Source: Eledone cirrhosa (taxonomy: Eukaryota). Taken from it: a stretch of DNA of 64,000 bases. Positions 63,883-64,000 of the stretch are shown in pieces (within the stretch, counting starts at the first letter, position 1; every line of letters starts with the position of its first letter). Made by a program: the position numbers and the translations under genes. The stretch covers positions 42,594,001-42,658,000 of the forward strand of contig OZ024741.1 in assembly GCA_964016885.1 (NCBI GenBank). Reading direction: 5' to 3'. The notes beneath the pieces were generated by a model, which ran no database searches, was not told the origin of the DNA, and saw only the letters and a list, made by a program, of their open reading frames with translations.

Positions 63883-64000
63883 CGAATGAGATGTGGTAAG
63901 GAACCAGGTGGACCATAACGCACCAAAGTACTCAATACTTGAGGTAGTAGAGTGGGTAATTAGCCGTCGAAACGGCTTGAGCTCAGCTGTCGGGGTCTTA
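63882..64000 (-). mobile_element. Family A PLE tail with inversion junction at ~63960, running off the window end
   Basis: Minus-strand tail at (TA)n, then plus-strand CGAAACGGC...GTCGGGG. Confidence 0.7.

Overview
AT-rich, microsatellite-dense animal genomic DNA. The repeat content (Nin-domain SINEs, Dong/R4, Naiad-type Penelope elements, abundant (TA)n) suggests a cephalopod, probably Octopus; this is an inference. No host protein-coding gene is recognisable, and most short ORFs in the track are microsatellite artefacts. The window is a mosaic of retroelements. (i) A ~14 kb run of LINEs sits in one (TAA/TTA)n tract: a long-ORF Dong/R4 element, a truncated Dong of another family, a near full-length Tx1-clade element in the opposite orientation, and a second, deleted copy of the first Dong family. 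(ii) RLE and RTE-related fragments sit in (CATA)n. (iii) There are three Naiad-type and several other Penelope-like elements (PLEs). (iv) The most striking layer is invisible to the ORF track: roughly 15-20 intact or decayed type I hammerhead ribozyme (HHR) motifs of many families. Most have a palindromic mini stem III, several carry a U3-A8 covariant core, and they sit in small non-coding fold-back or partial-tandem elements abutting (TA)n. All structures were read by eye; coordinates may be off by a few bases.
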